Positions 1-7,170 of a stretch of DNA of 64,000 nucleotides are shown piece after piece. The first letter of the stretch is position 1; the number at the start of each line of letters is the position of its first letter. A model generated the notes under the pieces. The model had not been told where the DNA came from, made no database searches, and saw only the letters and a program-made list of their open reading frames with translations. Both the position numbers and the translations under genes were made by a program. Location: the IMG/VR virus record IMGVR_UViG_3300025168_000038, positions 32,001 to 96,000 of that record; one strand, given 5' to 3'. This stretch comes from a virus.

Positions 1-1
1 T

Positions 2-679
2 TTTATAATTTTAGATTCACTTAAATCTTTAAATCTGTATCAGTCTCTAAAAGCGGATGAGTCAAGAATAGCTAAGATAAGAACTGAAGACAATGAACCA
101 TATTGGAAGTTCCTGGGTAATAATAACATTGATGTTGTTGACCAGGATACTTTATCAAGATGTGAAGAAAGAGTTGAAGTACTTAAACAAAATAAAGATG
201 TAATGTCTTTGTTTAATGAAGTACAAACAGACTTTGATTTAGATCCTATTGAAACATTTAGTGAGAAGTATCTAAAATCTGAACTAATTGATTGTGATTT
301 TGGCCTGCACGGATATGTAGATTACTATTCAGTAGATACAGATAAAAAGGAAGTTGTTATATGTGATCTTAAAACAACAGGGAAGACCGTCTCTGAGTTT
401 AAAGACACTGTAGATTTTTATAATTACTGGCTCCAAGCTGCTATTTATATGAAACTTGTTTATGATACTTTAGGTGATGATAAAGAAGAATATAATATAG
501 ATTTTAAATTCATTGTAATAGACAAATATGATCAGGTTTATGTTTTTGATGTATCAAATAATACAGTAAATGATTGGGCGGATGGTCTTGGAGGTGCAAT
601 AAATACTGCAAAATTTCATTATAATAGTAGAAATTACTCATTACCTATTGAATTCTTAACAAATAAGATTAAATTATAG
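2..679 (+). CDS. PD-(D/E)XK (Cas4/RecB-like) exonuclease, 5'-truncated by the window edge
   Basis: The frame is open from position 2, upstream of the track start at 203. Motifs: E(SEK)...GYVD...ICDLKTT...YWLQAAIY. Confidence 0.85.
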   Translation, partial: FIILDSLKSLNLYQSLKADESRIAKIRTEDNEPYWKFLGNNNIDVVDQDTLSRCEERVEVLKQNKDVMSLFNEVQTDFDLDPIETFSEKYLKSELIDCDFGLHGYVDYYSVDTDKKEVVICDLKTTGKTVSEFKDTVDFYNYWLQAAIYMKLVYDTLGDDKEEYNIDFKFIVIDKYDQVYVFDVSNNTVNDWADGLGGAINTAKFHYNSRNYSLPIEFLTNKIKL

Positions 680-680
680 T

Positions 681-1265
681 ATGAGTAATGTATATACAGA
701 ATATTTTCAGAAGAGTAAAGTTTTTCTATACCCCTTGCTAGATTTAGGTAGGGGTATAAAGTATGTACCTAAGGAAACTTATTGTGCATGGGAAGATGTA
801 TACTCTACTGATGATATGATGTTCTTATGTGTATATAAATGTAAGCTTACCCTTGATTTTAAAAAGTTTGCAAATAGACATCTAATAGCACACCCTTTGT
901 TTAGGGATCATATCTCTTTAGGTACAAACAGACAGTTGTTTGTATTTAATTTTGATAAATATTCTCATGATTATAAGAACTTTCTTAAAGGGAAGTATTC
1001 TCAATACTCAATAAATGGAAAGATTTCAATACTAGAATTCTTTGAGACAGCTGAAGAAGAGCAAGTACAATATATACAAGGTTTTTTGCAGCCAGATGAA
1101 GTACATGAAGCATATGCTATAGACTTAAATGTAGACATAGAGTTATTAGAAGATGTTTATGAAGTCTGTTCTGCACCAAACATGGAAAAGGAAATATTAA
1201 TTGATAATAATCATATTTTGACTCAATTATTAAAAGAAAGTTCCATATATTTGACAAATAAATAA
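681..1265 (+). CDS. Hypothetical phage protein (194 aa)
   Basis: Intact ORF starting 1 nt after the upstream stop; no motif recognised. Confidence 0.75.
   Translation: MSNVYTEYFQKSKVFLYPLLDLGRGIKYVPKETYCAWEDVYSTDDMMFLCVYKCKLTLDFKKFANRHLIAHPLFRDHISLGTNRQLFVFNFDKYSHDYKNFLKGKYSQYSINGKISILEFFETAEEEQVQYIQGFLQPDEVHEAYAIDLNVDIELLEDVYEVCSAPNMEKEILIDNNHILTQLLKESSIYLTNK
1246..1253 (+). promoter_or_regulatory. Bacteroidota-type -7 promoter box TATATTTG
   Basis: Matches TAnnTTTG, 20 nt upstream of ATG 1274. Confidence 0.5.
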
Positions 1266-1273
1266 TATATAAA

Positions 1274-1690
1274 ATGGCACAAATAGGACAAAATATGATG
1301 TTAGTAAATTCTACATTTAGAAATGCTAAATCATTTACATTAATTCCAGTGAGTATGGACTCACCTTATACAGAAGCTATGTTTGACCCTGCGTCAGGCA
1401 TCTTAGCTGTCATCAGCAAAGTGATGAAACAATCTTATCATATGGTACCTAAGTTAGATGATGATGGTCAGCCACAAAGACTTAAAACACCTAACCAGCA
1501 AACAGGTAAGACACATAAAGAAGAGAGAAGATTGGTTGACACATTCTCTGAGTTCTATCTTAGTGATAGAGCTGATATTGAAACTTTTATTCATATGTTT
1601 GCTGTAAATGCAGAAAACTTTTCAGTTGAAGAATTCTTTGTAGACTTAAAGAAAACTGAACCATCAAAAATTATATTACCTGGTCAATAG
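1274..1690 (+). CDS. Hypothetical phage protein (138 aa)
   Basis: A-rich leader, own putative promoter upstream and a terminator-like hairpin downstream. Confidence 0.8.
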   Translation: MAQIGQNMMLVNSTFRNAKSFTLIPVSMDSPYTEAMFDPASGILAVISKVMKQSYHMVPKLDDDGQPQRLKTPNQQTGKTHKEERRLVDTFSEFYLSDRADIETFIHMFAVNAENFSVEEFFVDLKKTEPSKIILPGQ

Positions 1691-1728
1691 TGTTGAGTTG
1701 AGTAATATCCTTATTGACTAAAAAAAAG

Positions 1729-1754
1729 AAAGCTCATTGATTTGGGCTTTTTTT
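1729..1754 (+). terminator. Intrinsic terminator-like hairpin
   Basis: AAAGCTCA-ttgatt-TGGGCTTT followed by a T run and preceded by an A run. Confidence 0.6.
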
Positions 1755-1773
1755 GGCTCTAATAAAAAAAATC

Positions 1774-2058
1774 ATGGCAGAAATAACTAATGAACAAATA
1801 ATGGATGTAAATATTCTATTAGCAATGAATAGATGTATGTCTGAAATAGCACATAATTTACAATATATACACACTCAACAGGTCAAACAAAGAATTAAGC
1901 ACGTTATAAAAACTGTAGACCTATATGATAGAGAAGTTAAAAGAAAGTTAAACACAGATCAGTCACAAGCAATAGAAGATATATATGACTGTATAATGGA
2001 CTTAGTTCTAGAAGCTAGAGAAGTTACTCTTAAAAATGCCAAGAATGAAAGAGTATAA
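1774..2058 (+). CDS. Hypothetical helical protein
   Basis: The track starts at TTG 1753 inside the terminator. ATG 1774 (MAEITNEQ) after an A-rich leader is more plausible. Confidence 0.7.
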   Translation: MAEITNEQIMDVNILLAMNRCMSEIAHNLQYIHTQQVKQRIKHVIKTVDLYDREVKRKLNTDQSQAIEDIYDCIMDLVLEAREVTLKNAKNERV

Positions 2059-2218
2059 TACATATATCATGCAAATAGGAGAAGGTATGGCCGGTGCTCT
2101 TAAAGCTCCTGAAAAGAAGAAGTATACACGTATAGATAAGAGGACTAAGAAATATGGTAATCCTAGAAAACGTAAAGATGATTGGCAAGGTACAATATAT
2201 AAAACAAAAAAAGTATGA
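2045..2218 (+). CDS. Small basic hypothetical protein
   Basis: Lys/Arg-rich; ATGA overlap with the polymerase start. Start is 2036 or 2045. Confidence 0.55.
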   Translation: MKEYNTYIMQIGEGMAGALKAPEKKKYTRIDKRTKKYGNPRKRKDDWQGTIYKTKKV

Positions 2219-4209
2219 AAAATCATTGGGTAATGGATTATGAAACTCTATTTGATTGTTTCACTGCCGTATTTGAAGATTACAAAACTAACAAAACAGA
2301 AGTCTTTGTAATATGCAGGCTAAGAAATGATCTGACAGAGTTTATACAATTTTTACAACAAAATATAGAAAAGAAAGAATGGCATATATCATATAATGGT
2401 TTAGGATTTGATGCTCAGGTTACACACTATATCTTAGACAACCATAAAAGTTGGTGGAATATAGATGGTAATGACGTAGCTTACACTATATATAAATATG
2501 CACAGAGAACAATTGAGAAAAGTAATAATAGAGAGTTCAGTGATTATCCACAATGGAAAATGCAGATAGGTCAGATAGACTTATTTAAGTTACATCATTG
2601 GGATAACCCGGCTAAACGTTCAAGTCTTAAGTGGATACAATATAGTATGGACTGGGAGAATATCCTAGACATGCCTATACATCATACATCTAAGATAGAT
2701 AACCAAGAAGATCTAGACACTATTCTAGAGTATTGCGTTAATGATGTAAGATCTACTAAAGAAATATTTAATAGGTCTACTGATTTAATAAGACTAAGGA
2801 AAGAACTAACTAATACATATGGTATTAATATGTTTAGTGCATCAGAGCCAAGGATTAGTAAAGAAGTATTTGGTTATTTCTTAACACGTATGTTAAATAT
2901 ACCTAAGAGAGATCTTAGAAACATGAAGACTTATCGTGATACTGTAAAAGTAAAAGATATAATATTACCATACATCTCTTTCACATCACCAGAGTTTAAT
3001 ATGTTACTTGATAGGTTTAAATCTATTGAAGTAAAAGGAGATAAACTTAAAGGTAGTTTTAAATATAGTGTAAACTATAAAAATGTTAAGACACACTTTG
3101 GTTTAGGTGGTGTTCATGGTGCTGCTAGCAAAGGAGTATATGAGTCTTCAGATGATATGGTTATAATGTCTTCTGACGTAACAAGTTTTTACCCTAATCT
3201 AGCAATTAAGAATCAATTTGCTCCTGCACATTTTCCAAAGAAAGCATTTTGTGATCAGTATGAGTGGTTCTTTACTGAAAGAAAGAAAATACCTAAAAGC
3301 AACCCTATGAATTATGTATATAAAATTATACTTAACTCAACGTTTGGTCTTAGTAATGATGAAAAGAGTTTCTTTTATGACCCTGAGCTGTGTTTACGTA
3401 TTACAATTAATGGCCAGCTTACTCTAATGATGTTATATGAACAGATTATGGAAAGAATACCTGGTGCTGTTCCTTTGTTACAGAATACAGACGGTGTAGA
3501 GACTTTAATACCAAGAGAATACGTGGATGATTATATGGGTATTTGTAAAGAATGGGAAGAAAAGACAAATCTTAACCTAGAACATGATGAATATCAAAAA
3601 CTAGTATTAGCTGATGTCAACAATTATATAGGTGTGAATAACTTTATAGATGTTGATATTACTAAATGGAGAGAAGTTAAACAAAGTCAACCTCATTACC
3701 TATTTAAGGTAGAGAATGACAAGTTTAGCTTTGCTCCTGTTAAGTTAAAGGGACGTTTTGATTTTCATAATTTACAATTGCATAAGAATAAGTCCAAACT
3801 AGTTATACCAAAAGCTATATATCAATACTTTGTTAATAATATATTGCCTGAAGACTATCTAGATGAAAATAAAAATATTCTAGATTACTGTATAGGAGGT
3901 AAATCAAAAGGTGATTGGGAACAAGTAGCTAGATACATTAAAGATGGTGCATTTGCTGAAGATAAATTACAAAAGATAAATAGATATTTCATCTCTAATG
4001 ATGGAGTAAAGATTATCAAAGTAAATAAAAAAGACAATAGAGAAATACAACTAGAGTCTGGCAGATGGGTTCAAACTATTTTTAACGTATTAAAGGTAGA
4101 GCCTAAGTGGGAAAACTATAATATTAATAAAGCATATTACATGCAAGCAATAGAGACTGAGATCAATAGTATCTTGACAGTCTCAACTAATCAATTAAAA
4201 CTATTTTAA
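2215..4209 (+). CDS. polB: Family B DNA polymerase with 3'-5' exonuclease domain (crAss-like PolB)
   Basis: Exo motifs DYE, YNGLGFD and YCVND; polymerase motifs DVTSFYPN, KIILNSTFG and NTDG. Confidence 0.93.
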   Translation: MKNHWVMDYETLFDCFTAVFEDYKTNKTEVFVICRLRNDLTEFIQFLQQNIEKKEWHISYNGLGFDAQVTHYILDNHKSWWNIDGNDVAYTIYKYAQRTIEKSNNREFSDYPQWKMQIGQIDLFKLHHWDNPAKRSSLKWIQYSMDWENILDMPIHHTSKIDNQEDLDTILEYCVNDVRSTKEIFNRSTDLIRLRKELTNTYGINMFSASEPRISKEVFGYFLTRMLNIPKRDLRNMKTYRDTVKVKDIILPYISFTSPEFNMLLDRFKSIEVKGDKLKGSFKYSVNYKNVKTHFGLGGVHGAASKGVYESSDDMVIMSSDVTSFYPNLAIKNQFAPAHFPKKAFCDQYEWFFTERKKIPKSNPMNYVYKIILNSTFGLSNDEKSFFYDPELCLRITINGQLTLMMLYEQIMERIPGAVPLLQNTDGVETLIPREYVDDYMGICKEWEEKTNLNLEHDEYQKLVLADVNNYIGVNNFIDVDITKWREVKQSQPHYLFKVENDKFSFAPVKLKGRFDFHNLQLHKNKSKLVIPKAIYQYFVNNILPEDYLDENKNILDYCIGGKSKGDWEQVARYIKDGAFAEDKLQKINRYFISNDGVKIIKVNKKDNREIQLESGRWVQTIFNVLKVEPKWENYNINKAYYMQAIETEINSILTVSTNQLKLF

Positions 4210-4210
4210 A

Positions 4211-4528
4211 ATGACGTATAGACCATTGCCTGAAGGGACTACTATTAAAGAGTCCCTTCTCCATGGCCTTGGATTATATTCTACTAAATCTATTAGTAAG
4301 GATACAGTCCTAGGCATATCACATATTAGAAATACAAAATATCAAAACAATTATATTAGAACCCCGCTAGGAGGTTTTATAAATCATAGTGACACACCTA
4401 ATCTAAGAAAGATTGGTAGTGCTGAATCAAGAGATATAGAAGCAGGGGTTATGATGATCCAAACAACTAAAGACATCCTCCCCGGGGAAGAGCTAACACT
4501 TAAATATAATCTATATGCAATTGAATGA
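4211..4528 (+). CDS. Minimal SET-domain protein (putative lysine methyltransferase)
   Basis: HGLGLYS, GGFINHSDTPN and DILPGEELTLKY SET signature motifs. Confidence 0.88.
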   Translation: MTYRPLPEGTTIKESLLHGLGLYSTKSISKDTVLGISHIRNTKYQNNYIRTPLGGFINHSDTPNLRKIGSAESRDIEAGVMMIQTTKDILPGEELTLKYNLYAIE

Positions 4529-4742
4529 AGTCAAGAAAGGAACAAAACTAAAATTAATTAAAAGAATGCATTACTTAGGTAAAAAACCTGAGGCAATGAA
4601 TATATTAGATGGAGAGCTTCTAGTATTTGAAGCTAATGATGGCTTATATTCTATTTGTACAGATAGAGAAGGCAACCAATACAACATTCCAGGATGGTCT
4701 AAGGTAGAAATAATTGAAGAACCTTTGGCTGACTCAGAATAA
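4515..4742 (+). CDS. Hypothetical protein (75 aa)
   Basis: Overlaps the end of the SET gene; beta-rich pattern. Confidence 0.6.
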   Translation: MQLNEVKKGTKLKLIKRMHYLGKKPEAMNILDGELLVFEANDGLYSICTDREGNQYNIPGWSKVEIIEEPLADSE

Positions 4743-4755
4743 TTTATTATATTTA
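4724..4755 (+). promoter_or_regulatory. Bacteroidota-type -33/-7 promoter
   Basis: TTTG (4724-4727), 20-nt spacer, TATATTTA (4748-4755); 20 nt before ATG 4776. Confidence 0.5.
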
Positions 4756-4775
4756 CACTTTAAAAGTTTATAATT

Positions 4776-5630
4776 ATGGGGTATACAAAACCTAAAGAAA
4801 CAACAAGATGGCATTTAGAAAATGCACCCTTACCTAACCATGGTGAGTCATATACAGTAATATCACATGGAGAAGTGATAGAAAACACATATAAATTATT
4901 ATCAGATAGTGGATTTATGGTCTCTAGAGAGATGTATAGATCCAGTAAGAATGCTAACATAGCTCAAGGAGTATATCATATATACCCAACTAATCCAACA
5001 GATGGAGACATTATAATGGAAAAGGAACTTGGAATGATGTTTGCTTGGACTAATTCATATGATAAAACAAAAAGCTTTGCTTCAGCAATTGGGGCCTACG
5101 TTGCAGTTTGTAACAACGGTATGATAGCCGGAGACATGATGAACTATAAAAGAAAACATAGATGGTCTGCCTCACATGATATACATGTTCACATGAGTGA
5201 TCAGATGAAGTCAGCAGAGAAGTACTATAAAAGACTGATAAAAGATAAAGAGGCACTAAAGAATGTTATAGTTACACATAAAGAAGCAGCTGAACTAGCT
5301 GGCCGTTTATTTATTGAAGAGGAGTTGCTTGATTCACAACAGTTATCTTGTGTTAAACAAGAACTAATCAAGCCTTCTTATAACTATTCAGTAGGTGCAG
5401 AGTCAGGATGGGCCTTTTATAATCATATAACACATGCATTAAAGAAAGCACATCCACGGGACTGGGTCAATGATCAGCAGAACTTTCATGACTTTATAAC
5501 TGTTGAGTTATTAGGATCACCTGCATCTAAACCTATGTTTGAAAAGCCTGCAGAGTATGTAGACATGGGTCAACTTAGTATTGATGTGGATTTAGTAGAG
5601 CAAGATAAATTTACATTTGATATATTATAG
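4776..5630 (+). CDS. DUF932-family protein
   Basis: Y-x-VISH, NSYDKT and VAVCNNGMI motifs, followed by KRKH and W-x-FYN-x-T. Confidence 0.8.
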   Translation: MGYTKPKETTRWHLENAPLPNHGESYTVISHGEVIENTYKLLSDSGFMVSREMYRSSKNANIAQGVYHIYPTNPTDGDIIMEKELGMMFAWTNSYDKTKSFASAIGAYVAVCNNGMIAGDMMNYKRKHRWSASHDIHVHMSDQMKSAEKYYKRLIKDKEALKNVIVTHKEAAELAGRLFIEEELLDSQQLSCVKQELIKPSYNYSVGAESGWAFYNHITHALKKAHPRDWVNDQQNFHDFITVELLGSPASKPMFEKPAEYVDMGQLSIDVDLVEQDKFTFDIL

Positions 5631-5633
5631 AGT

Positions 5634-5711
5634 ATGCTAGAGGATATGCTATTATTTTTTTTATTTCTATTCCTCTTATGGTTTGCTTTAACAGATCAAA
5701 TGGACAAATAG
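5634..5711 (+). CDS. 25-aa hydrophobic micro-protein MLEDMLLFFLFLFLLWFALTDQMDK (not in the ORF track)
   Basis: ATG 3 nt after the upstream stop; single hydrophobic stretch. Confidence 0.45.
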   Translation: MLEDMLLFFLFLFLLWFALTDQMDK

Positions 5712-5762
5712 GGAGAAACCAACTGGGGTCTGAGTTTTTGCATTCTTAGGCCCCGCCCTCCC
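5711..5762 (+). other. GC-rich nested stem-loop
   Basis: Inner stem GGGGTCTGAG (5725-5734)/CTTAGGCCCC (5745-5754); outer stem GGGAG/CTCCC. Confidence 0.55.
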
Positions 5763-5792
5763 AATATAATACCTGTAAAGATTTAGTAACAC

Positions 5793-5984
5793 ATGAAAAA
5801 ATTTATTGAGTTTGCACTAATTTGGTACAGTCAACAGATGGCCATACCATTTTGGATCGTTGGTCATATACATTTAAGCGTAAACATATATCAAGACATA
5901 CATGAAATACTAGCTAGCATGGGGTTAAATCTAATCGTACTAGTTGGGTTTATAATAGACTATAAAAAAAATAAAGACAAATGA
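5793..5984 (+). CDS. Small membrane protein (63 aa)
   Basis: Hydrophobic segments with a basic C-terminus; ATGA overlap with the next gene. Confidence 0.7.
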   Translation: MKKFIEFALIWYSQQMAIPFWIVGHIHLSVNIYQDIHEILASMGLNLIVLVGFIIDYKKNKDK

Positions 5985-6283
5985 ATTCAAAAGAAAGAAA
6001 AGAGAGACCAGTCTATACTGGAGTATTAAAATATTTTCCTGATGCTATCCTGGAAGTAGCAAGGGTATCGTTAGCTGGGAACAAACAACATCATCCTGAT
6101 CAACCATTACACTGGGATCGTACAAAGTCTAATGATGACCTAGATGCTTTATCTAGACATCTTATAGATGCTGGTAAAATAGATAATGATGGTATACGTC
6201 ACTCTGCTAAAGTAGCGTGGAGGGCCTTGGCTAACTTACAGAAAGAAATAGAAAAAGCTTATATAATTAAAAATGACTTATGA
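5981..6283 (+). CDS. dATP/dGTP diphosphohydrolase-domain protein (DUF5664-like)
   Basis: FPDAILEVARVS..G..KH...W...DALSRHL...D..G..H.AKVAW.AL pattern. Confidence 0.8.
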   Translation: MNSKERKERPVYTGVLKYFPDAILEVARVSLAGNKQHHPDQPLHWDRTKSNDDLDALSRHLIDAGKIDNDGIRHSAKVAWRALANLQKEIEKAYIIKNDL

Positions 6284-6462
6284 TATACTGGGATATATAC
6301 TATATACCGTGGGATAAACTTTTATTAAAAGATCCTGCTCGTTATACTGAATGGATGATAATAATGGCAGATGATAAAGGAAGTGCTAAAGAGGCAGGAA
6401 GACAAGAAGGTATGGTAACTAAGGTAACTCATCTTAATAAAAATAGAGATACAAGATTTTAA
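6280..6462 (+). CDS. Hypothetical protein (60 aa)
   Basis: ATGA-coupled; last gene of the + strand block. Confidence 0.6.
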   Translation: MIYWDIYYIPWDKLLLKDPARYTEWMIIMADDKGSAKEAGRQEGMVTKVTHLNKNRDTRF

Positions 6463-6563
6463 ATATGATAAGGGATAAGAAGGAGTGGGAATAATCCCAT
6501 AATTTTACAGGCGTAAGATGCCTTAATATTAAATGTTTTACTCCTTTTTATTTCTTATTATAT
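6463..6563 (+). ncRNA. Candidate structured RNA or terminator: 24-bp stem closing a multi-hairpin loop
   Basis: 6463-6486 pairs contiguously with 6540-6563 (4 G-U pairs). Internal hairpins GGGA-ataa-TCCC and AGGCGT-aag-ATGCCT. Confidence 0.5.
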
Positions 6564-6724
6564 CCTTCTTTAATAATTGTATTCATAGTACCTAGTACTG
6601 TAGAATCAGGATTAGGTCTAAAACCACCTTTACCTCCACCTTCTGAATACTTTACAACAGAACCAGATTCTCTTTTTATACCTGGTTCTACATTACCTAA
6701 TACTTTATTTGTTTTATTGCTCAT
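6548..6724 (-). CDS. 58-aa protein with KYSEGG motif (not in the ORF track)
   Basis: MSNKTNKVLGNVEPGIKRESGSVVKYSEGGGKGGFRPNPDSTVLGTMNTIIKEGYNKK; starts 7 nt after the upstream stop. Confidence 0.65.
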   Translation of the reverse strand: MSNKTNKVLGNVEPGIKRESGSVVKYSEGGGKGGFRPNPDSTVLGTMNTIIKEGYNKK

Positions 6725-6731
6725 AATTTAT

Positions 6732-7151
6732 TTATTTCCAGAATATACCACCTACAACATCACCTGCTCCTACTGCATTAGTATTACCATTGGCAGATCC
6801 TGATGTTAAATTCATACCTATTCCTAATTTAAATGCAATACCAATTGGTAAGGATACATCTAAATAACTATCTGCTGCTACACAAAAGATTGCTGCAGGT
6901 ATATCTGCATTGACTGGTGCACTAGCTTTATCAAATAATCTTACAAATACATCAGAGCTGGTATTGTTATGTAAGCTTATAGAATACACACTACCTCCCC
7001 CTTTTTTTATAAAATCTAAATTAGTTGATGCTGTTGAAATTATTTTATGAACTTCTAGTCCTCCAAATCCATATTGGTTTGGAACTGACATGCTTTTTGG
7101 ATAGTCTGAGTTTAGACTAGATGATTCTGATGTGTTAAATTGTACTCCCAT
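6732..7151 (-). CDS. Beta-rich putative virion protein (139 aa)
   Basis: Late-block position; small-residue, beta-strand composition. Confidence 0.65.
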   Translation of the reverse strand: MGVQFNTSESSSLNSDYPKSMSVPNQYGFGGLEVHKIISTASTNLDFIKKGGGSVYSISLHNNTSSDVFVRLFDKASAPVNADIPAAIFCVAADSYLDVSLPIGIAFKLGIGMNLTSGSANGNTNAVGAGDVVGGIFWK

Positions 7152-7170
7152 TTTATTTTATTTTTAATTG

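Noticed and set aside
2-679. CRISPR-associated Cas4
   Set aside because: No Fe-S Cys cluster in the visible part and no cas context; it is an ordinary phage PD-(D/E)XK exonuclease.
1682-1719. Inverted repeat GGTCAATAG/TTATTGACT upstream of the terminator
   Set aside because: Short and AT-rich with a weak interior; could be chance.
2008-5256. Minus-strand ORFs 2008-2226, 4760-4960 and 5050-5256
   Set aside because: Antisense to well-supported + strand genes.
6463-6563. tRNA or hammerhead ribozyme
   Set aside because: No TTC-RA T-loop, no 7-nt anticodon loop, no CCA and no CTGANGA/GAAA core; retained only as an unknown structure.
6990-7015. FIKKGGG in the 139-aa protein as another GG junction motif
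   Set aside because: Single occurrence inside a probable beta-sandwich; may be coincidental.
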